This document shows, piece by piece, positions 38,879 to 47,419 of a stretch of DNA of 55,261 nt. The position numbers and the translations under genes are program-made. How positions within the stretch are numbered: position 1 is the first letter of the stretch; each line of letters opens with the position of its first letter. Source of the DNA: an uncultured Verrucomicrobiota bacterium (GTDB lineage: Bacteria; Verrucomicrobiota; Kiritimatiellia; CAIKKV01; CAITUY01); contig CAYOIT010000005.1 of assembly GCA_964404035.1 (NCBI GenBank), positions 1 through 55,261 of the forward strand, given 5' to 3'. The notes below the pieces were generated by a model. The model was not told the origin of the DNA, did no database searches, and was given only the letters and a program-made list of their open reading frames with translations.

Positions 38879-39598
38879 TCAGGGCTTCTCCCACCAACTG
38901 AGCACACGTATTTCCCCGCTGGGCAGGCGGCAGGCCAGACCTCGCGTAAGGGCAGCGGTTGTCTCCAGGCCGGCCTCGGCGGCGATGGAAAAGTATTGCC
39001 CGAACAACGGAGAGCCCGACCGCTGGAGCGGCACCGGCAGGGCGGTGCGGTCCATGGGCCGCAGGGTGATCCGCGTGGCAATGCCGGAAGGGAGGCGGTT
39101 CTCAACCGTCCGATCCGCCAGCGTCCGGGTAGTGGTTCGCGTCAGGACCTGCAGGCTTTCCCACGCGGCATCCAAGGCCGCGGCACGCAGCATCAGCCGG
39201 GTGCGGCGCACTTCGACGGCCCTTAACTTCGCATGAGTCGACAGGAGCGTGTGGACAACGACACCCGATAGAAAGGCCATCAGGAGGAGCGCCATCAACA
39301 GGGCGAGCCCGGAGCGGTCGGAGGATTGGGGCAGCGGCTCGGTCTCAGATTTGTCCCTTCCCGCCCAGCGTGCATAGGCGGTGAGGCCGGCACAGATCAG
39401 CAGGGACAGCACCCCGACGGCGAGATACAGGAGCCCGAACAAACGCGGAGTCTCGTTTCGGTCGCGCAAAGCCCAGGTGAGAAGGATGCAGCCCGTCGGA
39501 ATAGCAACGGCTCCAATGAGTAACGTCGCCCAACGGGCTGGCCGCCAGCGTCGCTGTCTGCCCCGGTGTCGGTGTCGTTTGGACTGGTGATGACTCAT
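38879..39598 (-). CDS. Membrane protein with internal GspK/PilX-like pseudopilin motif
   Basis: Arg/His-rich N-terminus, two TM helices, then DRSG|LALLMALLLMAFLSGVV. Confidence 0.55.
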   Translation of the reverse strand: MSHHQSKRHRHRGRQRRWRPARWATLLIGAVAIPTGCILLTWALRDRNETPRLFGLLYLAVGVLSLLICAGLTAYARWAGRDKSETEPLPQSSDRSGLALLMALLLMAFLSGVVVHTLLSTHAKLRAVEVRRTRLMLRAAALDAAWESLQVLTRTTTRTLADRTVENRLPSGIATRITLRPMDRTALPVPLQRSGSPLFGQYFSIAAEAGLETTAALTRGLACRLPSGEIRVLSWWEKP

Positions 39599-39790
39599 GC
39601 TTGAGGCCGTATTTACTGCAAATGGGGGGTGAAGTCAAACTGGCGCCGGAAAGGCGCTGGTGTGCCCGCCCGGGGCGCGACGGTCTGGAGGTCCTGTTTT
39701 GGCCCTTCCGCTTTGGAGCTTGGTCTTGAAGTGGCGGGGGATTTGGCGGACAATGGCCCCCATTCGAGAGGCAAGGGAGGGAAGGAGTCC

Positions 39791-40870
39791 ATGATGAGTC
39801 GACCGTTTTGGCGGATAATGATCGGGATTGTGTTGTTGGCGGGGGGCGTCCTTGGGCAGACCAATAACCCTTCCCTTTCCAGTGATCTCTTGCGGCAGGC
39901 TTATCTGTCCGTCGTGGACGCGGAACTGGCTCGCGCTGAGAACAAGACGGTTGAGGCCGTGAAAGCCTATCGAAAGGCGCTGGAGTTCTATGGACGGCTG
40001 CAGACTGAATACCCTGGCTGGCAGGGAGATGCGGTGGGTTACCGGGTGGCCGACTGCCAGAATGCGTTAGCCAAACTCGATCCGGTGAAGACCCCCGATG
40101 ACAAGCCTTCGGCTGATCTGGTCTCGGACGATACCAATACGGTCCTCAGGTTGGCCCAGCTGGTTAAGGAACTCAAGAGGGTCAGGGAGGCCCTTGCTTT
40201 CAGTCCCGAGGCCCCAAGCGCTGATTCAGCCCAGGTTGTTTTGAGCCGCGAACTGGATCGTGTGCGCGCAGAGCGGGATCAGGCGGAACGCGCGAATCAG
40301 GTCCTGCAGCGCAAGATGGCCCGCGGGGAGGTCAAGGCGACGGCGGGGACGGCGCTTGAGTCCACGAACCTGACAGGGAAGACAGTGTCGGGCACGATCC
40401 GAAATGAAGCCCGCCGGCTGATGGAAAGTGGAGATAATCAGGCGGCCCTGCTGCTTCTGAAGGAAGCCCGAGTGACCCTGCCGGAGGATACTGACCTGAC
40501 CATCCTGACCGGCGTGGCGGCGTGCCGTGCCGGACGTTTTGGAGAGGCGTTGACGGTCCTGAAACCGTTTGACACCAAGGGGGCGACCCAGGCCGGTGCG
40601 CTACTGACACTCGGCACGGCTTACATGGGATTGGGTCAGATTGGAGAGGCCCGCGTTGCCACCGAAAAGGCATTGAAGATCGATCCCCGTTCGCCCGAGG
40701 CCAACTACAACATGGCCCAGATCCTGTTGGCGGTTTCGCCCTCCGAGCCTGACGCGGCGCAGCAGTACTACCGGCAGGCGGTGGCGCTGGGTCTGCCGGC
40801 GGACGCGGAGCTTGAGAACAGTCTTCGCATGGCCACGATTCTATCGCGGCTCAAGAGCCGGAAGAAATAG
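39791..40870 (+). CDS. Secreted TPR-repeat protein
   Basis: SD AAGGAG, signal peptide, coiled coil, TPR helices (LGTAYMGLGQIGEA..ALKIDP..EANYNMA). Confidence 0.8.
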   Translation: MMSRPFWRIMIGIVLLAGGVLGQTNNPSLSSDLLRQAYLSVVDAELARAENKTVEAVKAYRKALEFYGRLQTEYPGWQGDAVGYRVADCQNALAKLDPVKTPDDKPSADLVSDDTNTVLRLAQLVKELKRVREALAFSPEAPSADSAQVVLSRELDRVRAERDQAERANQVLQRKMARGEVKATAGTALESTNLTGKTVSGTIRNEARRLMESGDNQAALLLLKEARVTLPEDTDLTILTGVAACRAGRFGEALTVLKPFDTKGATQAGALLTLGTAYMGLGQIGEARVATEKALKIDPRSPEANYNMAQILLAVSPSEPDAAQQYYRQAVALGLPADAELENSLRMATILSRLKSRKK

Positions 40871-42275
40871 GAGTCTCCGGCGAAGCGGCTCCCTCCGCTT
40901 CCGGGTGCCCGTATTCCTTGAGCTTGCGCTGGAGCGTTCGCCGGCTGATGCCGAGTTGCCCGGCGGCCTTGGTGCGGTTTCCCTCGAATTTTCTCAGTGC
41001 CGTCTCGATCATCACGCGTTCGGCTTCGTGCATCGACTCCGGTGCCGCGGCCCGGCCGGTCTCATGGCGCCAGGCGGGGCGCTGCCCCTCGTTGCCCATG
41101 GCATTTCGCAGGGTGATGGGAATATCCCGCACGGTCAATCGCGGGCCTCTGGCCAGAACCACCATGCGTTCGATGACATTGCGCAGCTCCCGGACATTGC
41201 CGGGCCAGGGATAGGTCGAAAGGATGGCCATGGCTTCAGGCGAAATCTCCTCCACATGTTTGCCGTTACGGATATTGAGGTCCTTGAGAAAGTGCGAGCA
41301 CAGGAGGGGGACATCGTCGATTCGGGTTCGCAGCGGCGGAAGGGTGATGGAGACCACATCCAACCGGAAGAAAAGATCGCTGCGAAACTTGCCCTCCTCG
41401 ACCAGCTTTCGAAGATCGGCATTGGTGGCGGCGATGAGCCGGATATCCACATCGAGGGTCTCGTGCCCGCCGACCCGTTCAAACGTCCGCTCCTCAAGGA
41501 CCCGCAGCAGTTTCACCTGGATGGACGTCGGGATTTCGGCGATCTCGTCCAGAAACAGCGTCCCGCCGTCAGCCAGTTCGAATCGCCCCCGACGGCGTTC
41601 CGCGGCTCCGGTGAACGCTCCCTTCTCGTGGCCGAACAGTTCGCTTTCAAGCAAGGTCGGTGACAGAGCGGCGCAGTGGACGGCCACGAAGGGGCCCTTG
41701 GCGCGCGGGCTCAAGCGGTGGATGGCGTGCGCCACGAGTTCCTTGCCGGTGCCGCTTTCGCCCTGGATCAGCATGGTGGCCTGCGAAGGGGCGGCCTGCC
41801 GGATGACATCAAAGACCTCGTTCATGGCGCCGGACTGCCCGACGATATTCTCGATGCCGAAACGGTTGTCCAGTTGCTCGTGCAGGCTGCGGTTCTCGGA
41901 TTCCACCTCGCAGGACCGCAGGGCGCGCTTGATCAACATGTCCAGGTGATCCAGGTTCACGGGCTTCATGAGGAAATCATAGGCGCCGCGCTTCATCGCC
42001 TCGACGGCGGTTTCGACGTTGCCATAGGCGGTGAGCATGATGACGATGGGCGGGTGGCTGCGTGCCGCGATGCGCTGGAGCAGGGCGAGTCCATCCATGC
42101 CGGACATGCGGATGTCGCAGAGCACGATGTCCACTTCGGTCTCATCCAGGAGGGGCAGGGCGCGTTCGGCACTGTCCGCCAACAGGACCTCATAGGAGGG
42201 CTGCAACGCCCGTTTCAGGCCTTCGCGGGTGTTCTTGTCATCATCGACGATCAACAGGGTCCGGCGCGCGCTCAT
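40851..42275 (-). CDS. sigma54-dependent response regulator (NtrC/AtoC/PilR family)
   Basis: Receiver LIVDDD..CDIRM, GESGTGKE, GAFTGA, WPGNVRELRN, Fis HTH (LGISRRTL). Confidence 0.96.
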   Translation of the reverse strand: MSARRTLLIVDDDKNTREGLKRALQPSYEVLLADSAERALPLLDETEVDIVLCDIRMSGMDGLALLQRIAARSHPPIVIMLTAYGNVETAVEAMKRGAYDFLMKPVNLDHLDMLIKRALRSCEVESENRSLHEQLDNRFGIENIVGQSGAMNEVFDVIRQAAPSQATMLIQGESGTGKELVAHAIHRLSPRAKGPFVAVHCAALSPTLLESELFGHEKGAFTGAAERRRGRFELADGGTLFLDEIAEIPTSIQVKLLRVLEERTFERVGGHETLDVDIRLIAATNADLRKLVEEGKFRSDLFFRLDVVSITLPPLRTRIDDVPLLCSHFLKDLNIRNGKHVEEISPEAMAILSTYPWPGNVRELRNVIERMVVLARGPRLTVRDIPITLRNAMGNEGQRPAWRHETGRAAAPESMHEAERVMIETALRKFEGNRTKAAGQLGISRRTLQRKLKEYGHPEAEGAASPETPISSGS

Positions 42276-43465
42276 GGGCTATCCTCCAGTTCGGGCTTGG
42301 GTCGTCCGTGGGGTTTCAGCAGCCGAACGCGGCGCTCGTCGAGCGGCAAAAAGACGGTGAACGTGGTTCCCATCTGCGGCTCGCTGTGAATATCGATACT
42401 GCCACCGTGGTCCTGAATGATGCGTTGAACGATCATCAACCCCAATCCTGACCCGCCCTGCTTGGTGGTGTAGTAGGGTTCGAAAATGTTGCCAAAATCC
42501 TCGGGGGAAATCCCTGAGCCGTTGTCGCGGAAGGCGATGGAAAGGAAGTGGTCGGTGGCGGTCACGGAAATGCGCAGAAGACCGCCGTTCGACATGGCTT
42601 GGAGGGCGTTCTTGGCGATGTTGAAGAAGGCCTGCTTGATCTGATCCTTGTCGATTCGGATCGAGGGAAGGGATGAAGGGCACTCCAGCTCAACATGGAT
42701 GTCGCGATTCTCAACTTCCTGCTTCAGCAGCAACAGTGTCTCCTTGAGGGCCGTGGCAATGGGCACCAGGGCCAGGTTGGGGCGGGTGGGGCGGATCGCC
42801 CTGAGAAACTGCGTGATGATCAGGTCGAGCCTCGTCACTTCCTTGCGGGCCACATCCACGAGTTCGAGCAGGGAGTCGCGGCCATCGTGTTCGCTTTTCT
42901 TAAGTTCCCGGTCGAGCAACTGAAGATGGATATTCAGGGCGTTCAACGGATTGCCGATCTCGTGAGCCACACCCGCGGCCAGCAGGCGGACCGCATTAAG
43001 GCGTTCCGATTCAAGCAGGCTGGCTTCCTGTTCGCGGTCCCTGGTGATATCGCGGAGGATGAGCACAGCGCCGCGTTCGCCGCTCTCCTCGGCCGACAGC
43101 GGAACCACGTAGAAGCTCAGAAAACGCCGCTCGGGATAGCGTACCTCGATCTGGTGACTGATCAACTTGGACCATTCGCCCGTGTCGAGGTCGAGGACAC
43201 GGTTCCAGTCGATATCCCGGAGGTAACGCGTCATCGGCTTGCCGATGACATCTTCATGGCTGAAACCGATGAACTTGCCGGCGGCCCGATTAGCATAGGT
43301 GATATTGCCTTTGCCGTCGAGTACCACGACTCCTTCCTGAATGGACTGGAAGATGGTCTCAAGGAGCCCCTTTTCCTTGGCCAGCCTTAGGAAATGGGTC
43401 TGCACACTTCCGGGATCCAGCCGGTCAATGCGCGCGATCAACTTATCGAGAAAACCAGGTTTCAT
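42272..43465 (-). CDS. PAS-domain sensor histidine kinase
   Basis: PAS region, AHEIGNPL H-box, N-box NALQAM, DNGSG, GSGLGL. Confidence 0.95.
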   Translation of the reverse strand: MKPGFLDKLIARIDRLDPGSVQTHFLRLAKEKGLLETIFQSIQEGVVVLDGKGNITYANRAAGKFIGFSHEDVIGKPMTRYLRDIDWNRVLDLDTGEWSKLISHQIEVRYPERRFLSFYVVPLSAEESGERGAVLILRDITRDREQEASLLESERLNAVRLLAAGVAHEIGNPLNALNIHLQLLDRELKKSEHDGRDSLLELVDVARKEVTRLDLIITQFLRAIRPTRPNLALVPIATALKETLLLLKQEVENRDIHVELECPSSLPSIRIDKDQIKQAFFNIAKNALQAMSNGGLLRISVTATDHFLSIAFRDNGSGISPEDFGNIFEPYYTTKQGGSGLGLMIVQRIIQDHGGSIDIHSEPQMGTTFTVFLPLDERRVRLLKPHGRPKPELEDSP

Positions 43466-43496
43466 GGCCGTTTTGTCACCGTGTCAATTTGGCGCG

Positions 43497-43524
43497 ATAG
43501 TAGCAGAGAAGAGAGAGGGGGCAA
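43497..43524 (-). promoter_or_regulatory. Putative sigma70 promoter of the two-component operon
   Basis: TTGCCC-N16-TACTAT with extended TGn. Confidence 0.55.
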
Positions 43525-43558
43525 AAGGTAAAAGCCGGCGGACTTCTTCCGTGACGTC

Positions 43559-44542
43559 TTACGGGCCTGCGGCTTTGGCGTCGGCTTTGGACAGCCACTG
43601 GCCGCGATCGAAACCGCCGCCCTGCACGGCCACGGCAAAGGAGACTTTTTCATCGACCTCGGTGATCCGAATCGTGCCGACCTTGGGGCCGGGAACAAAA
43701 GTGAGCACATCGCCCGTGGTGGGATCGGTGATGGGCTCGGCGGCGCCCCGGACCAGGTACAGCGTGCCCTCGCGGAAGCCGCGGTCTTTTCCGCCATTGA
43801 TGATGATGGAGGTGTTCCGGAGGCAACTGATCATGGGTTGCCAGGGATTATGAGGCATCTCCTTCGTGATCGCGCGCACGCCGCTTCGGATGGCCCGCTG
43901 GGTCGCCTGGCCCAGTGGGGTGGAGAAGAAGACATCGCCGCCAAAGGTAACGCCTTTGTAGGTCGCTTGCGCATAGGCCTCGCGGGTCCGGACGATGCCG
44001 GTGCTTTGGACGGAACTGACGATCTGTCCGGATTCGATATCGATAATGGTCAGAGTCAGGGAGACGCGGGCCTTGTGGCCATGGCCCAGGAACATGAAGC
44101 TTCGGACGGCCATGAAGAAGCCGCCGCCTCCGGCTTGCGAGAAATCGTTAATGACGCCGCGGATCAGGTATTGGGCGCCCTTCATGCGTCCGACCGGGGT
44201 TTTGCCTTCCGGCCGGAAAAGGCCGGTGCGTTGGCGATTGATCTCTCCGACCAGTTTCTCGAAGTGCTCGCGCTCCACCACGGCGAAGTTGCGGGACCGA
44301 ATGAGTTCGGTGACCAGCACATCCGCCATGCCGTCGCCCAGTTTCCACTGGCCCTCGAAACCGGAACGATTATCAAAGGAGGTGACGGCCACGACCGGAG
44401 CGTGCAGATCGTCCGGCAGGGCCGGAACCGTGTCGACGAGCGTCATCACGCAACCGGAGAGCAGTCCGGCTGTCGCCACGAGGCCGGCCAGAAGGGCTAC
44501 CGGGCGCGGGCGGGATCGATGCTTGTGTTGTGGCGGCTTCAT
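43559..44542 (-). CDS. CsgG/HfaB-family lipoprotein with FlgT-like C-terminal domain
   Basis: Lipobox LLSGC, VAVTSFDN, L..ELIRSRNFAVVERE, GAQYLIRGVI, INGG.D.G...DPTTGDVL. Confidence 0.8.
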   Translation of the reverse strand: MKPPQHKHRSRPRPVALLAGLVATAGLLSGCVMTLVDTVPALPDDLHAPVVAVTSFDNRSGFEGQWKLGDGMADVLVTELIRSRNFAVVEREHFEKLVGEINRQRTGLFRPEGKTPVGRMKGAQYLIRGVINDFSQAGGGGFFMAVRSFMFLGHGHKARVSLTLTIIDIESGQIVSSVQSTGIVRTREAYAQATYKGVTFGGDVFFSTPLGQATQRAIRSGVRAITKEMPHNPWQPMISCLRNTSIIINGGKDRGFREGTLYLVRGAAEPITDPTTGDVLTFVPGPKVGTIRITEVDEKVSFAVAVQGGGFDRGQWLSKADAKAAGP

Positions 44543-44591
44543 GAAGTTCGTTCTGTTGTACAGTTCATACACAATATCGGGAGGTAAGTGC

Positions 44592-44627
44592 AAAAAGATA
44601 AAACAGGAAGCCGACGCCGGCTTCCTG
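44592..44627 (-). terminator. Perfect 10-bp inverted repeat with minus-strand U-tract
   Basis: CAGGAAGCCG-ACGC-CGGCTTCCTG (44604-44627), followed on the minus strand by TTTTATCTTTTT. Confidence 0.6.
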
Positions 44628-44633
44628 CGGGAT

Positions 44634-44662
44634 TTGACGTCGCTGCCGGTAAACAATACCAT
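44634..44662 (+). promoter_or_regulatory. Putative sigma70 promoter of recD2
   Basis: TTGACG-N17-TACCAT. GGGAG SD-like sequence downstream. Confidence 0.65.
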
Positions 44663-44691
44663 GCGGGTCTTTTTGGGAGCAGGCGGTTGCC

Positions 44692-46905
44692 ATGCAGCAG
44701 CAGATTGACTTTACAGCGGCACGCGATCAGGCGAGTCCCCCGACGTCCTCCGATGCCGTGGAACAGGTGTCCGGGTGGGTGCATCGCATCATTTACCATT
44801 CGGAGGAAAGCGGTTACACGGTCTGCGGTGTCATCCCGAAAGGCAAGACGGAGAAGGAGGAAGTCATCGTGGTCGGCCCCTGTCCCGCTGTCTGGGAAGG
44901 GGAGATTCTCACGGCCGAGGGCAAATGGGTCCGGCATAAGCAGCACGGGTACCAGTTCCAGGCCACCGAGATTATCTGTCGTCCTCCGGCCACCGTGCAC
45001 GGTATCGAGCGTTTTCTCGCCAGCGGCCTGATCCGCGGGGTCGGCAAGGTCATGGCCGAGCGCCTCGTAAAGGAATTTGGCGACCAGGCGCTTCAGATCA
45101 TCGACCGGGAATCCAAGCGGCTGGAGGAAGTGGAGGGCATTGGTCCCGTCCGGCGCGAAATGATCAAGGACTCCTGGAACGAGCAGAAGGCCGTCCGGGA
45201 TATCATGGTGTTCCTGCAGTCGCATGGCGTGGGCACCGCCCATGCGATGCGTATTCACCGGCAATATGGGGCCCAGGCGGTAACGGTGGTCCGCGAGAAT
45301 CCGTACCGGCTCTGCCAGGATGTATGGGGCATTGGGTTCAAGACGGCCGACCGCATTGCGGTGAGTCTGGGCGTTCCCCCCCAGTCCGATATCCGGGCGC
45401 GGGCGGGCATCCTTTACCTGCTCCAATCCATGAGTGACGAGGGGCATTGCTACTGTCCGAGGGAAGATCTGGTTACCGCCGCCGGGGAACTGCTCGAGAT
45501 TCCCGGCGAAGTCCTGATGCCTGCCATCGTTCACTGTGCGGAGGGGGGGACCGTTGTGGATGAGCGCGGCAACCTGTTCCTGACGCCCCTGCACCTTGCC
45601 GAACGCGGTGTGGCGCTCAATATCCAGCGGTTGATGGAGTCGCGCGCGCCACACCCGCCGATCCAGGCCGAAAAGGCGGTCGCCTGGGCTGAGGGTCGCA
45701 TGGCGATCGGCTTCGCGCCGGCCCAGCAGGCGGCGCTGAACATGGCCCTGTCGCAAAAAGTCTCCATCATCACCGGTGGACCGGGTGTGGGGAAGACCAC
45801 CATCGTGCGTGCCCTGGTGGATATCTTCCAGACCCGCCGGCTTACGATGTGTCTGGCCGCCCCGACGGGACGAGCCGCGAAGCGGATGGAAGAAGCCACG
45901 CACATCGAGGCGAAGACCCTGCACCGTCTGCTGAAATTCAACCCCAGTTCCGGCCGGTTCGAGAGCGACCAGCAACACCCGCTCGAGGGGGATGTGTTCA
46001 TCCTGGACGAAGTCTCGATGATCGATATCCAACTGATGCACGCCTTTCTGCGGGCGCTGCCCGCCTCCGCCACGCTCGTGCTGGTGGGTGATGCCGACCA
46101 GTTGCCCAGTGTGGGGCCGGGCAACGTCTTGCGGGATCTGATCGACTCCCGGGCCGTCCCGGTGACCAAGCTCGAAACCATTTTCCGGCAGGAAGCCCAG
46201 AGCTGGATCGTTCATAACGCCCACAGGGTCAACAGCGGATTGCCGTTCGAACTGCCGCCGGGCGGCCAGAAAAGCGATTTCTATTTCATCCAGGCGGACA
46301 CCCCTGAAGACGTGATCGCGAAGATGCTCGATCTGGTCACCCACCGGATTCCCCGGCGGTTTCACTTCGATCCCCTGACCGAGGTCCAGGTACTGACCCC
46401 CATGCGGCGCAACCAATTGGGATGCGAGAATCTGAACGGGATTCTGCAGGAAGCGATCAATCCCGGCGGCCGTCCGATCAAGCGGTTCGGGCGGCAGTAC
46501 AAGGCCGGCGATCGGGTGCTGCAGGTCCGGAACAACTACGACAAGGACGTGTTCAACGGCGACATCGGCCTCATTGATCGGATTGACGTGGAAGCCCAGG
46601 AAGTCTGGGTTCGCTACGAGGCACGGTTGGTGGTCTACACGCTGGATGAGCTGGATGAACTGGACCTGGCTTACGCCTGTTCGGTACACAAGTCACAAGG
46701 CAGCGAATATCCGGCGGTGGTCCTGCTGATGGCCACCCAGCACTACAAGCTGCTGCAGAGGAACCTGCTTTATACCGCCATGACGCGCGGACGGAAGCTG
46801 GTTTGCCTGGTGGGGTCGAACAAGGCGGTCAATATCGCCATTCGGAATGACCATGTCACCGGTCGGCGCACGGCCTTGAGGGATCGGCTGAAGGGATTGC
46901 TGTAG
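44692..46905 (+). CDS. recD2: ATP-dependent RecD-like helicase RecD2
   Basis: N-terminal OB/HhH region, ENPYRL, ITGGPGVGKTT, APTGRAAKR, DEVSM, GDADQLPSVGPG, HKSQGSEY, LLYTAMTR. Confidence 0.95.
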   Translation: MQQQIDFTAARDQASPPTSSDAVEQVSGWVHRIIYHSEESGYTVCGVIPKGKTEKEEVIVVGPCPAVWEGEILTAEGKWVRHKQHGYQFQATEIICRPPATVHGIERFLASGLIRGVGKVMAERLVKEFGDQALQIIDRESKRLEEVEGIGPVRREMIKDSWNEQKAVRDIMVFLQSHGVGTAHAMRIHRQYGAQAVTVVRENPYRLCQDVWGIGFKTADRIAVSLGVPPQSDIRARAGILYLLQSMSDEGHCYCPREDLVTAAGELLEIPGEVLMPAIVHCAEGGTVVDERGNLFLTPLHLAERGVALNIQRLMESRAPHPPIQAEKAVAWAEGRMAIGFAPAQQAALNMALSQKVSIITGGPGVGKTTIVRALVDIFQTRRLTMCLAAPTGRAAKRMEEATHIEAKTLHRLLKFNPSSGRFESDQQHPLEGDVFILDEVSMIDIQLMHAFLRALPASATLVLVGDADQLPSVGPGNVLRDLIDSRAVPVTKLETIFRQEAQSWIVHNAHRVNSGLPFELPPGGQKSDFYFIQADTPEDVIAKMLDLVTHRIPRRFHFDPLTEVQVLTPMRRNQLGCENLNGILQEAINPGGRPIKRFGRQYKAGDRVLQVRNNYDKDVFNGDIGLIDRIDVEAQEVWVRYEARLVVYTLDELDELDLAYACSVHKSQGSEYPAVVLLMATQHYKLLQRNLLYTAMTRGRKLVCLVGSNKAVNIAIRNDHVTGRRTALRDRLKGLL

Positions 46906-46919
46906 GCGAGGGAAGAATG

Positions 46920-46948
46920 GGACGCCGCCAGGGAAGCCGGCGGCGTCC
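46920..46948. terminator. Hairpin between convergent recD2 and RRM gene
   Basis: GGACGCCGCC-N9-GGCGGCGTCC. Confidence 0.55.
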
Positions 46949-46964
46949 ACCTCAGCCTTTAGTG

Positions 46965-47357
46965 CTACCGCCGGCTGTGGCGGCGGCGGGAACGAGCTTC
47001 GTTGACGACCAGTTTCTGGCCTTCGAATTCGCGTCCATTCGTGCCGTTGACGGCCGCTTGCGCTGATTCCACGCTGCCCATGGAGACGAAGGCGAAGGTC
47101 TTCTGCCCGTCGTCACCACTTCGGCCCGAGATCAGACGCACATCGCGCACTTCGCCGAACTTCTCGAAATGGCGGCGGATGCCCTGATCGTTCGCGTCAT
47201 CCGGCAAGTTGCCGACATAGAGTTCGGGGGTGCGAAGCGGGCGGTTGTTGGCCCGCCGTGTGCGGAGTTTCATGCCGGCCAGCAGACCCGCCAGGAATCC
47301 CGCCAGGGTTGCCGCCGCCAGAGAACCAACAATATGCCATATACTTACATCATTCAT
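46965..47357 (-). CDS. RRM RNA-binding protein with N-terminal membrane anchor
   Basis: RNP2 LYVGNL, RNP1-like KTFAFVSM, LVVNEAR. Hydrophobic IVGSLAAATLAGFLAGLLAG at the N-terminus. Confidence 0.88.
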   Translation of the reverse strand: MNDVSIWHIVGSLAAATLAGFLAGLLAGMKLRTRRANNRPLRTPELYVGNLPDDANDQGIRRHFEKFGEVRDVRLISGRSGDDGQKTFAFVSMGSVESAQAAVNGTNGREFEGQKLVVNEARSRRRHSRR

Positions 47358-47419
47358 GCGATCTTCTTTCCTTTGTTCCGTGATGGTTGCGCCGCGAGAT
47401 GACGGCGCTCGCAGCCCGG

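Noticed and set aside
44539-46689. 716-aa antisense ORF over recD2
   Set aside because: Mirror-frame artefact with no recognisable domain.
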